In this document: positions 38,680-50,728 of the stretch, piece by piece
How the letters are laid out: every line of letters starts with the position of its first letter
Position numbering within the stretch: position 1 is the first letter of the stretch
From: Octopus sinensis
Taxonomy: Eukaryota
Length of the DNA stretch: 64,000 bases
Direction: 5' to 3'
Assembly (NCBI RefSeq): GCF_006345805.1
Contig: NC_043002.1
Span: 91,264,001-91,328,000 of the forward strand
Translations under genes and position numbers: made by a program
Notes under the pieces: model-generated
The model's database searches: none
The model's input: only the letters and a program-made list of their open reading frames with translations
Told to the model about the DNA's origin: nothing

Positions 38680-39512
38680 GGTGCTAACTTAGTCAGCAGG
38701 TATTTTATCTTGAGCTTTGATGAAAATAAGTCCCCTCAAATCCTAAGAATCGTTCTTAGGATTCTCGCAGAATATAGAATGGTACTTTTCCCCAGGTCGA
38801 AAACGCAAGTTTCAATTCCAATTTCTTTTGAGTAACATTTTCAGTGTTGTGTCATGCGCACCTATTACTGCAGGAAAATCGTTGTCTTGGCCTTTCACAA
38901 CCTTATAGACTCTATGAGGAGATCTTGGTATCCTTCAATGTTTTCCATTTCTTTCGTGTTGACTCTACTATTATAGGGAATTATAAGACATATGATCGTG
39001 CATTGTTTCTTTATTTTGTTCCCTATAATCATGTCTAGTCTTCTTGACTCAATCGTAAGTTCAATCTTTATGGTGAAGTCCGTTGTAAATCTCGTTTTCT
39101 ATCACAGCCTCTGATTCGATTTCATAACACTTTTCTATTGTCTTGAAGCCAAAAACTCGATTAACATTCCAATGCACTCAATTACCTACACAGTCATGTC
39201 TGCGTTTATATTCCTTTTGTGTTAGTATACTGCACTACCTCAAATGTGATTGTTACTCTCGTCACCTTTCCAGTAGATTCAACATTTGCAGCCTGACTGA
39301 TTTTTATTGACTTTTGCTTTCATCAGATTTATTCTATGGGCTTGGTCCTGAGCTGCTATAACTAATGCATCTGTTTCTCATTTCCAAAATTTTCGGGTTG
39401 TTGCATGAATTGGCCATTCAGGTCCATTTTTTTCCATTTGTCCATTCTGTTCTTCTTCATTTTCTCTTTGAATTCGCTTATTGCTTCAGTCACTTTTTGG
39501 GTATCTTTGGGT
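38680..39512 (-). mobile_element. R4/Dong-like REL-endonuclease non-LTR retrotransposon, 5'-truncated and decayed
   Basis: KWKKMDLNGQF; IAAQDQA; QKEYKRRHD; VHW; terminal SARILRTILRI* (stop 38736-38738); TAA/TGA repeats on both sides. Confidence 0.85.
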
Positions 39513-39568
39513 ATAATTATCATCATCATCATCATCATTATAATTATTATTATTATTATTATTATTAT

Positions 39569-40111
39569 GAGTGAGAGAGCAGTGCATGCCATCAATGTGA
39601 CACTGGGGTAAAATATACGAAGCTCAATATACCCAACATGAATACTCGTCTGATTAGACACACACATCACAACCATACGTGCGTGACATAGTGATCTCAT
39701 ATCAAGATAAATAGTGTATGACCTTGCAGGTGGGGCACGGTTGGAATTTTCTTCTGGTCGAGTGACCCATCCCGCTCAAAAGGTCTCTAAATAAGGGTTG
39801 TTTAATGATATTGAACGAAACACCCATGTTTCCAGAGGCGAATTATTCAAACCCCAAAGAATCCCTCTCAACACATGGCTATGATGCTCCCACACATTTC
39901 TGCTCGTGATCAGAGAGGCACATATCATCAGCCACCAAGGGAAATGCTTAACCGGTTAAGGTCAAACAACTGACAAGCAAATCTGTGGTATTGAGCAGAA
40001 TATTTACTGTAGCCCATCTTTTATACCAAGACGAAACAATGTACATGATAACACTTCCAATCAGTTAAGATCAGAAGCCATGGGATCCAGTGTCTGGTGC
40101 TGCATCAGAAC
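39569..40111. mobile_element. ~540-bp non-coding insert flanked by (ATT)n, possibly the 5' UTR or a non-autonomous partner of the Dong-like family
   Basis: Sharp boundaries in a TAA microsatellite, next to the Dong-like remnant; single copy in window. Confidence 0.4.
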
Positions 40112-40196
40112 TTATTATTATTTTTTTATATCTGCACACACACACATATACATATGCATATGCATATATATTATATATATGTATATATATATATGT

Positions 40197-40262
<66 letters not shown>

Positions 40263-40605
40263 GTAAAGAGTGAAAAAACGACAGAAGGCTTAAATGTTAA
40301 AAAATATATATATTTGCGTCAATATGTCTGAAGAATATTAGAAAATTTTTTAAACAAATTTTTTTTTCCTTTATAATGACATAATTTTTAAAGAAAGACC
40401 GGTTTCGCATTTAGCTTTTCAAATTTCTTGTGACGTTATGTTTATGTTTAATAGAGTTATCCTTGTGTTTAAGCTCCGGAGAGTTCTAAATAAGGGAAGG
40501 TAGTGGGTGATTTCTTCCGGTGTAAGGGAGATAATCGCTTAAAATTTTTTTTCCTTTCCCTTAATGTGAATTTCTCTGTATCCTTATGAAGTATTGGTAA
40601 ATTAG

Positions 40606-41177
40606 AATTTACCAATACTTCATAAAAAACCCCAAATTAAAGGAAATTCTAAACATACACCAAATCATTAAAAGCTACAAACAGCCTAAATCACTTAAAA
40701 AGATTCTCACAAAGGCAAAATTGTCTTCTGAAATTACGGATGCAAAAGTAAAAAAATGTGGTAGATCGAACTGTGCAACATGTCCTAACCTGCTAGAAGG
40801 ATCAGAATTCCTCTTTAAAGAGGGACAGAAATTCAAGATCAAATCTAACTTTACTTGTGCCTCTGAAAACATAATTTATGTCATAAAATGCTCGGGCTGC
40901 CACCAAGACTACGTGGGTTCCACGGCTATCATTCAGACGTAGATGCACACTGCATCGACAACAGATTGCATTCCCAGAATATAGAATGATACCTTTTAGT
41001 GAGCACATTGAGAAATGCGCAAAGCAACTACTACCACAATTTTTAATCTTTCCATTTTACCAATGTGCTTTCGGATCATCAACACAAATTAGACTAAACA
41101 AGGAAACATTCTTCATTGAAAAGTACAAGCCCAGACTCAACCATCCAAACATACTGATACAGAGAAATTCACATTAA
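40606..41177 (+). pseudogene. Penelope GIY-YIG endonuclease domain, 5'-truncated and frameshifted
   Basis: KQPKSLKKILTKAK; KCGRSNCATCP; FTCASENIIYVIKCSGCHQDYVGST; HRQQI; RLNKETFFIEKYKPRLN. Confidence 0.92.
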
Positions 41178-41308
41178 GGGAAAGGAAAAAAATTTTTAAG
41201 CGATTATCTCCCTTACACCGGAAGAAATCACCCACTACCTTCCCTTATTTAGAACTCTCCGGAGCTTAAACACAAGGATAACTCTATTAAACATAAACAT
41301 AACGTCAC

Positions 41309-41347
41309 AAGAAATTTGAAAAGCTAAATGCGAAACCGGTCTTTCTT
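41309..41347 (+). ncRNA. Variant minimal hammerhead-like motif in pLTR (mirror copy 40391-40429 on the minus strand)
   Basis: AAGAAA-TTTGAAAA-GC(TAAAT)GC-GAA-ACCGGT-C-TTTCTT. Confidence 0.5.
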
Positions 41348-41534
41348 TAAAAATTATGTCATTATAAAGGAAAAAAAATTTGTTTAAATAATTTTCTAAT
41401 ATTCTTCAGACATATTGACGCAAATATATATATTTTTTAACATTTAAGCCTTCTGTCGTTTTTTCACTCTTTACTATTTTTTATATATTCACCCACGTGC
41501 TTTCACAAACCAACTTTCTTATATATATATATAG

Positions 41535-41579
<45 letters not shown>

Positions 41580-41584
41580 TAGGT

Positions 41585-42095
41585 ACACAAACAAAATTTC
41601 ACATCAGTTCCCTTCTACCAGTGTAAAGACGCAATCTCTCAGCTAGAACGTTTAAATAAAGAAACTTTTTTCATTGAAAAATACAAAACACGTCGTAATA
41701 TGCACGCATAACCAACTTTTATCTTTTTACATATTTCAACTCACGATTACATCACTGTACATAAATCCTCTACTAAACAAGGTTTTTGAAACTTGTCTCT
41801 GTCTGTACACATATATAATCCCCACCCATTACCGAAAGCTGAACAGTTAGCTCCCTTACCCCCAACAATAGCAATAATAACGACAACCAATTACCTCACT
41901 TTATTTATCTACTTGTGAAGTCATTCACTCGTGAATTTCATCACTCACAACATGAACCAAATTTCTTCTTAAGAAAAAATATATATTCAAATAATTAAAA
42001 CATAAATATCATGAATAGCGATAGCGAAAACGGTCGATATATTAAAAATTATATTAAAACTATGTAAGTGTGCGTATTTTCCTTTTTTAATTTCT
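41585..42095 (+). mobile_element. Second Penelope 3' fragment with pLTR and degenerate hammerhead motif (42006-42040)
   Basis: FPFYQCK..ERLNKETFFIEKYK; ATATC-ATGAATA-GC(GATA)GC-GAA-AACGGT-C-GATAT. Confidence 0.75.
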
Positions 42096-42122
42096 GATAT
42101 ATATATATATATATATATAATA

Positions 42123-42213
<91 letters not shown>

Positions 42214-42214
42214 C

Positions 42215-42660
42215 CACGGCGAACAATCAGCACCAACGTAAATTAAAGGATATCCTGTAGAAACTGAGGAGGGCATCAGTGATTTTCGTACCAGCGGACA
42301 AGACTGGAAACCTGTACAACATAAATATCAAATATTATATTGATTTGATTAAAAAGGAATTGTATGCTAGTTATAAAAACACCCCCAATTCTGCACCTAT
42401 AAAAATTCATGAAACCAGTCTTATATAGCCAGTCTTGATAATACGCTATAAACCTAGAGCACCAAACATTAATTTTAAAGACTACAAACCAAAATTTGCT
42501 TGTAAAGTTACTATTATATTAATATACCCATCTAGGTTGGACATAAGTTAGAATCAGCAAAAAGATCATAGATTATGTATCACCTACTCTTAAATCTAAA
42601 ATTAAGCACAGTTTATGGTCTTATAGGGTTAATGTTACACATTTGTTCGGAAATTTACAG
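42215..42660 (+). pseudogene. Penelope-like reverse transcriptase N-terminal fragment
   Basis: IFVPADKTGNLYNI; FKDYKPKF...ILIYPSRLDI...ISKKIID resembles LKDHKxNF...RLINPxKSxIGxISKxILD. Confidence 0.7.
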
Positions 42661-42797
42661 GATAAAATAATATACTAAATGCTTTGAATAATCAACGAAG
42701 AACTAATGGACAGCTTTAAGAAGGATGTTGGGGAACAATATGCCGATTGAGAAGATGGTGTCAGATTGTGTGGCAATAAAATAAAAATATTTTTATA

Positions 42798-43004
42798 GGC
42801 GCAGGAGTGGCTGTGTGGTAAGTAGCTCGCTAACCAACCACATGGTTCCGGGTTCAGTCCCACTCCGTGGCATCTTGGGCAAGTGTCTTCTACTATAGCC
42901 CCGGGCTGACCAATGCCTTGTGAGTGGATTTGGTAGACGGAAACTGAAAGAAGCCTGTCGTATATATGTATATATATATTATATATATATAATATATATG
43001 TATA

Positions 43005-43039
<35 letters not shown>

Positions 43040-43250
43040 TTGTGTGTCTGTGTTTGTCCCCTAGCATTGCTTGACAACCGATGCTGGTGTGTTTACGTCC
43101 CCGTCACTTAGCGGTTCGGCAAAAGATACCGATAGAATAAGTACTAGGCTTACAAAGAATAAGTCTTGGGGTCGATTTGCTCGACTAAAGGCGGTGCTCC
43201 AGCATGGCCGCAGTCAAATGACTGAAACAAGTAAAAGAGTGAAAGAGTAA
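42798..43250 (+). mobile_element. SINE family B, full length
   Basis: Homology to other B copies. Confidence 0.92.
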
Positions 43251-43306
43251 TGAGTTGTTTTAATGTTACTTATTGTACAGTGTGAAACTAACATACTTTA
43301 TTCTTG

Positions 43307-43794
43307 TACTCTTTGATTTGTTTCAGTCATATGACTGCGGCCATGCTGGGTCACCGCCTTAAAGGGTTTTGGTCGAAGAAATTGACCCAAGAACTTATTC
43401 TTTGTAAGCCTGGTACTTCTTCTATCGGTTTCTTTTGCCGAATCGCTAAGTTACGGGAACATAAACTCACCAACATTGGTTGTCAAGCGATGGTGGTGAG
43501 ACAAACACAGACGCATTCACATAAACACACGCACACACACACAGATGCATTCACATAAACTCACGCACACACACACACACACACACACTCACACACACAC
43601 ACACACACGTATATATATATATATATATATCCGACGGGCATCTTTCAGTTTCCGTCTACCGAATCCACTCACAAGGCTTTGGTCGGCTCGAGGTTACAGT
43701 AGGAGACACTTGCCCAAGGAGCTACGCAGTGGGACTCAACTCGGAACTATATGGCAGGTAAGCAAGTCTCTTACCACACAACCACACCTGCGTC
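43307..43794 (-). mobile_element. SINE family B, older copy
   Basis: Homology to other B copies. Confidence 0.85.
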
Positions 43795-44347
43795 TATATT
43801 TTCCTTCAAACTAATTTTCAAAACGTAGTGAAAGGCCTTAGACAGAAATTATTTATGAGCAGTTTCAAGGACAAAAGATTTTTTGAGTACTGACATGTCT
43901 GTTTTGCTGTTATATCGTCTCCATTTCTGCAATTTGCATTCATAGAAGGTGAAGTGATCCAGCTACTTAGAAAAATGCAGTATGATCACCAACTCATGCT
44001 CTGCATCACTGACTAGAGAGTTCACAAACTCATCCCTGGAAATATTGGGGGAGAAAAAACAATATATATATGTAGCCAATACACGGAACATATTGTTTTA
44101 CTCTATTGGAATTTCTTTCTAAGAGCTGAAGTTGCTGTTCAACTCCCAGGTTAACGCCGATGAGACAGACATAGAACCAAAGGTGTTCCATTGCTATCCT
44201 ATTTGTTTAAGTGATGTCCGACTACATAATGAAAATTACTTTTTCCGTATTTTAAACCTCAGAGCTAGAATTAGCTGCTATTTCTAGCAGGTAGAGTAAA
44301 CACAACCGCGTAGAGGCTCGCTCGTTGTCCAGAAGTACGTTATTGAA

Positions 44348-44578
44348 GGCGGCGAGCTGGCAGAAACGTTAGCACGCCGGGCAAAATGCTTAGCGGTATT
44401 TCGTCTGCCATTACGTTCTGAGTTCAAATTACGCCAAGGTCGACTTTGCCTTTCATCCTTTCGGGGTCAATAAATTAAGTACCAGTTACGCACTGGGGTC
44501 GATGTAATCGACTTAATCACTTTGTTTGTCCTTGTTTGTCCCTTCTATGTTTAGCCCCTTCTGGGCAATAAAGAAATA
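44348..44578 (+). mobile_element. SINE family A with ~15-bp TSD
   Basis: AGAAGTACGTTATTG (44331-44345) and AGAAGTATGCTATTG (44579-44593). Confidence 0.92.
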
Positions 44579-45421
44579 AGAAGTATGCTATTGTTTATTT
44601 CCACATCAACCCTTTCGTTCAAAATATGATCCTTCCACCCTTTTATACAATCATGCTGTATGCAAGACTGCATCCTCTAATGAGTCCTTTATGACGGTAG
44701 ATGTAAATAGATGGAGATTTAATTGCTATTTCTCGCAGATCGAGTGATTTCACTGAAATTACATCATTAGTTTATACTTTATTTTTTCAAGCAAGGTGGA
44801 CAATAATCGGCGACCAAACGTTAAATGTTATAAATTTGAGTAAAGAAATCTGTCTTTGTAGAGTATATTAACTGTCAGACGGTTCCCATATCACGCCATC
44901 TTGAAGTGAGACACGACTTTACATTATCACTTTTCAACATTATTGCGAATTGATTTATCTTATCTACAACAGCGATATTTGTTTTATTTCAAAAGTTAGA
45001 TTTAATATCTGTAAGTAATGACATAACCAAGCTTCATAAATATCGCATTTCTCGTCATGCAACATTGAAAATATTTGTTTGAGAATCGTGTTCTGTTTTG
45101 GAAGTGATAGAATTAAATCTGAATATTCAAACATCCATACCAATGAAGATTATATCCTCTATCACCTCATAATATCTATGCAGACATCCCCAGCAACACA
45201 CACATACAGATGCAGATATGCACACGCGTGCACGCACTCACATACACACACACACACGCACACAGAAATTTACATTGGTATAAGTGTGTATTTAGAATTG
45301 CAGTCAGTAGTAGAATAAACTTCGAAGTTGTAAGTCCGTGTCCGATGTAAGTGCTTGAAAGTGAATAAAGCAACTAGAAATATGTTCTATATGGCAGGAC
45401 TGAGTTGCCGTGGCCTTATTT

Positions 45422-45665
45422 CTATTTCTTTACTACCCACAAGGGGCTAAACACAGAACAGACAAACGGATTAAGTCGATTAAATCGACCCCAGTGAACT
45501 GGTATTTAGTTTATCGACCCCAGTGAACTGGTACTTAATTTATCGACCCCGAAAGGATGAAAGGCAAAGTCGACCTCGGCGGAATTTGAACTCAGAACGT
45601 AACGGCAGACGAAATACGGCTACGCATTTCGCCGGGCGTGCTAACGTTTCTGTCAGCTCGCCGCC
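45422..45665 (-). mobile_element. SINE family A with internal 29-bp duplication
   Basis: ATCGACCCCAGTGAACTGGTA occurs twice. Confidence 0.9.
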
Positions 45666-45790
45666 TTATTTCGTGTCTGACCTACATCGAGTAATTACGC
45701 AATATTTGATATGTTGCTAATTCATTGCTTGAGCGGGGAAATAACGGCCAATCTGCATCAGTAAAATAAATATCATATATTATGGCAAGT

Positions 45791-46078
45791 GAAGGCACAT
45801 GGCCTAGTGGTTAGAACAGCGGACTCGTGGTCGAGGGATCGTGGGTTCGAATCTCAGAGCGGGCGATATGTGTGTTTATGAGCGAAACACCTAAGCTCCA
45901 CGCAGCTCCGACAGAAGGTGATGACGAACTTCTGCTGACTCTTTTGCCAGAACTTTCTCTCACTCTTTCCTCCTGCATCTGCGACAGACCGGCGTCCCGT
46001 CCAGGTGCGGAACCTATACGCCATGGAAACCGGGAAACCGGCCCTATGAGCCAGGCACGGCTAGAGAGAAAACAAACA
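45791..46078 (+). mobile_element. SINE family C-related copy with another 3' tail
   Basis: TGGCCTAGTGGTTAG and GGTTCGAATC boxes; GCGAAACACCTAAGCTCCACG shared with C. Confidence 0.75.
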
Positions 46079-46682
46079 TATTTTGGCAGAGTTAATTCTA
46101 TGGACTATTTACCTCTGCATGAGCCCCATTGCAGAAAAGGTATTACGTTTGCTTCCTTTTTTTTTTTTGGTAAATCAACAGCAAACACAGAATATTTCCG
46201 GTTTCACTCTTTTGTTTCACTACCATTACTTCGCCTTCAGATGTGAAAAGGGTCTCCATCGCTAAAAGCCAATGGGATCACCGATGCTGATAGTATTATC
46301 TATTATCTTCAAGCATTGTATTCCAATATTAGATCATTTCATAGCCAAATTCTTTAACCTTATATTCTGGAAGAGAAACTCAACTAACCTATAGAAAAGC
46401 AACAGGATGCTGGACAACGAGCGAGCCTCTATGCGGTTGTGTTTACTCGACCTTCTAGGAATAGCAGCTAATTCTCACTCTGAGGACTACGGAAAAAGTA
46501 ATTTTCGACTCTGTTAACGTCTGAACCTATTGCTTTCGATTCCAACAAAAACAATGTGGACAATCATAAATCACGAACCGTTTTAATATCCGCGAATTTG
46601 ATTATTCTCTGAGCAATCTAAGACAAAAAAGAAAAGGGTTAATTTGACCGGCATCAATTTTTAATCTATGTTCACTCTACAT

Positions 46683-46982
46683 GAATGGTTCTCAACCGAG
46701 GTCCATATGGTTCCTTAGGGTCTATAAAGATTTGGGGGATCCACGCAACAAAATAGTAAACTGAGGATCCACAATAGTATTTTAAGGACCCCTGAGAAAA
46801 ATTTGTTTTAGATGTATGAATTGGTATGTATTGCAATGAACATCTAGGTTTTATCCTCTAGCATTTTACATAGTTCAAACGACACAAGTTAATGAGTGAA
46901 AAAGAAAATAGGAATTTTGAAAGACACCAGAATGAAATACTAACCCGAGGGCTCCATAGATAAAAATAGTTAAGAATCCTTG
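46683..46982. mobile_element. hAT (Charlie/Buster-type) MITE
   Basis: TGGTTCTCAACC and GTTAAGAATCCTTG termini; TSD CTCTACAT/CTCTACAG. Confidence 0.7.
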
Positions 46983-47014
46983 CTCTACAGGAAGCCATTA
47001 TTATTAGAGGCCTT

Positions 47015-47440
47015 GGATAGTTTCGGTTTGAACGGCAGTTTTTAACATAATTTCTATGTAACTAAAACACTTTTAAACTTCGTATACTGGTAGAATGTGT
47101 TTATAAAACATCTTTTTCTCTTGGCTTTATTGAGAAAATTCTATAGTTTGTAAGCTATTTGTTGTTTTTTCTTCAATTTCTTCAATTTCAACCAATCACT
47201 GACGGCCATTGAGGTAAAAAAAACATTCTGTGCCGTATGAATATGTCCCCCATTTAAGAAACAGATTGGGTTTATTTACATTTGTGAAGAAAAAAGATAC
47301 CCTTCCTCCCACCCCTAACCTAACTACCCCTAACCCTAAAACAGATTGAAATGCAATAGATCGATATTAGGGTCATAATTATGGGTGACAGTATCATATG
47401 ACACCGCTAGAAACAACTGCCGTTCAAACCGAAAAGATCC
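47015..47440 (-). mobile_element. Merlin-like MITE, second copy (opposite orientation)
   Basis: Same TIRs as 12862; TSD GAGGCCTT/GGGGCCTT. Confidence 0.85.
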
Positions 47441-47679
47441 GGGGCCTTAATAAACAAAATACATTAATTAGTGTAAATAACGGTTCCCTGGTAGCTATTT
47501 TGCTTCATGAATTACGAAGGCGTTCATAGCGTTGAGTTTTGATACTATAATACATTGAAGAATAAATTTCAGCTAAAACTAAATGTATAAATTAGAACTA
47601 AACAGATAGACTGGACATCCGTAAACACTTGCACAATACATATATTTCACTCACAACGCGACACTCGAGAACGTTATGA

Positions 47680-48068
47680 TTGGAAGCACTCCGTCGGTTA
47701 CGACGATGAGGGTTCCGGTTGATCCGAATCAACGGAACAGCCTGCTCGTGAAATTAACGTGTAAGTGGCTGAGCACTCCACAGACACGTGCACCCTTAAC
47801 GTAGTTCTCGGGGATATTCAGCGTGACACAGAGAGTGACAAGGCCGGCCCTTTGAAATACAGGTACAACAGAAACAGGAATAAGAGTGAGAGAGAAAGTT
47901 GTGGTGAAAGAGTACAGCAGGGATCACCACCATCCCCTGCCGGAGCCGCGTGGAGCTTTTAGGTGTTTTCGCTCAATAAACACTCACAACGCCCGTTCTG
48001 GGAATGGAAACTGCGATCCTATGACCGCGAGTCCGCTGCCCTAACCACTGGGCCATTGCGCTTCCACA
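47680..48068 (-). mobile_element. SINE family C, full length, 12-bp TSD
   Basis: AGAACGTTATGA at 47668-47679 and 48069-48080. Confidence 0.92.
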
Positions 48069-48473
48069 AGAACGTTATGAACAACGTAAGTGACCGTCAT
48101 TTGACCTACATGTTGTATGTCGATGGGTGACTCTAGACAATCTGCTGCTAAAAGACGATTTAAATGTGATTTAATCAAAAGTCTCCGAGAACACAAGAGG
48201 AAATAAAGGCAACAATATATAAGCTGTCCATATTATTTACATTTAAATACATTTTAATTAAAGACTACAAATGATAAATATAATAGCCGTCTCTATAACA
48301 AATAAACCAATCAATAATTGAATAAATGAATAAATAATTAATCAATAATCAGCAAATTCATTATTATTTGATGTTATTGTTTAACTCCAGGTCAGTCTTG
48401 ACGGAACACACCCATAATCACATTTGCATAGCTGTGAATACATTTCAAGGGAAGTTTAATAGTTATTCCTAAT

Positions 48474-48857
48474 GGAGGCGCAATGGCCCAGTGGTTAGGG
48501 CAGCGGACTCGCGGTCATAGGATCGCGGTTTCGATTCCCAGACCGGGCGTTGTGAGTGTTTATTGAGCGAAAACACCTAAAAGCTCCACGAGGCTCCGGC
48601 AGGGGATGGTGGTGATCCCTGCTGTACTCTTTCACCACAACTTTCTCTCACTCTTACTTCATGTTTCTGTTGTACCTGTATTTCAAAGGGCCGGCCTTGT
48701 CACTCTCTGTGTCACGCTGAATATCCCCGAGAACTACGTTAAGGGTACACGTGTCTGTGGAGTGCTCAGCCAATTACACGTTAATTTCACGAGCAGGCTG
48801 TTCCGTTGATTCGGATCAACCGGAACCCTCGTCGTCGTAACCGACGGAGTGCTTCCA
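48474..48857 (+). mobile_element. SINE family C, full length
   Basis: Box A TGGCCCAGTGG, box B GGTTTCGATTCC; inverted homolog of the 47680 copy. Confidence 0.92.
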
Positions 48858-48899
48858 TCCAATAATTTGGGCGACCATGTTGCTGAGCTAATATATTTT

Positions 48900-49283
48900 C
48901 TTTTATAAGTGTATTGCGGTCATGCTGGAGCATCGCTTTCCAGAGCTTTAGTTGAACGAATCGATTCACATACTTTTTTATAATATAAGCCTGGTAATTA
49001 TTCTAATGGTTCTTTTTTGCCGAACCGCTAAGTTACGTCTGCGTAAAGAAAACAACACCGGTCGTCAAGTGGTGGGTGGGGACCAAACATAAACAAATAG
49101 ACACATACACGCGCGCGCGCACACACCCGGCAGGCTTCTTTTAGTTTCCACCTACCAAATCCACTCAAAATGCTTGGTTGGCTCGGAACTATAGTAAAAT
49201 GCACTTGTCCAAGATGCCACGGATTGGGACTGAACTCGGAACTATGTGGTCGGGAAGCAAACTACTTACCACAGAGCTACACC
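48900..49283 (-). mobile_element. SINE family B, degenerate
   Basis: Homology to other B copies. Confidence 0.75.
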
Positions 49284-49699
49284 TTTTTGCATTGTTTAGA
49301 TCGTCTAAGAAATAAGGAGTCTGAGAATCTGGTATTGTTGTCTGCAAAGATTGGCGAAAAATAATTAAAAGACTTACAAATATATATGTATAGCGCAATT
49401 CAGAGAATAATTGTAGCCAAGGGCCAGGACAAAAACTGCTGTGTCGTGACACTATCATCGTGTTATCAACAATACGAATAACAACAACAACAACAACAAT
49501 AACAAAAACGGCATTAGCAACGACGACCCGCTATAGCTACAACATCAACAACAATTTCGACATTAACCAAAGTAAGATTTGGTTCGATAGTAACGACAGC
49601 GGTGACAACAATAAACAACAACAACAACGTTAACAACGACATAAAAGACCAGCATTAATAAGAACAACGTCAGCGGTCGGAACAATATATTCGTCGTCA

Positions 49700-50570
49700 T
49701 CTCCTCATCCTTCTCTCCTCATCTCTATACCTCCTCCTCCTCCTTTTCTTATCCCCTTTTCCTTTTCATCCTCCTCAACCCTCTTCCTCCCCTCCTCTTA
49801 ACCCCCTTTTCCTCCTCCTCCCTCTTAACCCTGTCCATCCTCTTAACTCTCTCCTTCCTCTTCACCCTCTCCGCCTCTTCCTCCCCTCCTCCTCTTCCTC
49901 CTCCCCACCTGTTCCTCTCCTCCACTTCTCCTCCTCTCCACTTCTCCCTCCCCTCACTTCTTTCCCCCTCCACTTCTTCCTCCCCTCTGCTTCTTCCCCC
50001 TCTACTTCTTCCTCCCCTCTACTTCTTCCCCCTCCACTTCTTCCTCCCCTCCACTTCTTCCTCCCCTCCACTTCTTCCTCCCCTCTACTTCTTCCCCCTC
50101 CACTTCTTCCTCCCCTCCACTTCTTCCTCCCCTCTACTTCTTCCTCCCCTCTACTTCTTCTCCCTCCACTTCTTCCTCCCCTCCACTTCTCCCTCCTCTC
50201 TACTTCTTCCTCCCCTCCACTTCTTCCTACCCTCTACTTCTTCCCCCTCCACTTCTTCCTCCCCTCTACTTCTTCCTCCCCTCTACTTCTTCCCCCTCCA
50301 CTTCTTTCTCGCTCTTCTTCTCCCTCCTTCTACTTCTTCCTCCCCTCCCTTTCTTCCTACCCTCCCTCCTCTTCTTCCCCCTCCACTTCTTCCTCAGCCT
50401 CTACTTCTTCCTCCCCTCCACTTCTTCCTCCCCTCCACTTCTTCCTCCCCTCTACTTCTTCCCCCTCCACTTCTTCCTCCCCTCCACTTCCGCCTCCCTA
50501 TCCACCTCTTCCTCCCCTTCACCTCTTTCCATCCCCTTCCCCTCCCCCTATCCTCCTCCTCCTCCTCTTG
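49700..50570. repeat. Polypyrimidine minisatellite (CCCCTC(C/T)ACTTCTT(CCT))n
   Basis: 17/20-bp units on an almost purely C/T strand. Confidence 0.9.
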
Positions 50571-50693
50571 ACGATCATTAGTAACAACAACGAAGATGAT
50601 ATCGACAGTTCGTCGACAGTTCATCTCAACATTAACAGCAACAGCAGCAACTTTAGCAGTACAGGCAACACGAGCAGCAGCAACAACAGCGGC

Positions 50694-50728
<35 letters not shown>

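Larger units (their letters stand above)
40257..41480 (+). mobile_element. Penelope-like element with inverted pLTRs (40257-40582 and 41156-41480)
   Basis: ~325-bp inverted arms differing by about one substitution and one indel; GIY-YIG between them; flanked by (TA)n. Confidence 0.92.

Noticed and set aside
48474-48550. tRNA gene
   Set aside because: tRNA-like boxes run into a SINE body, with no proper acceptor stem
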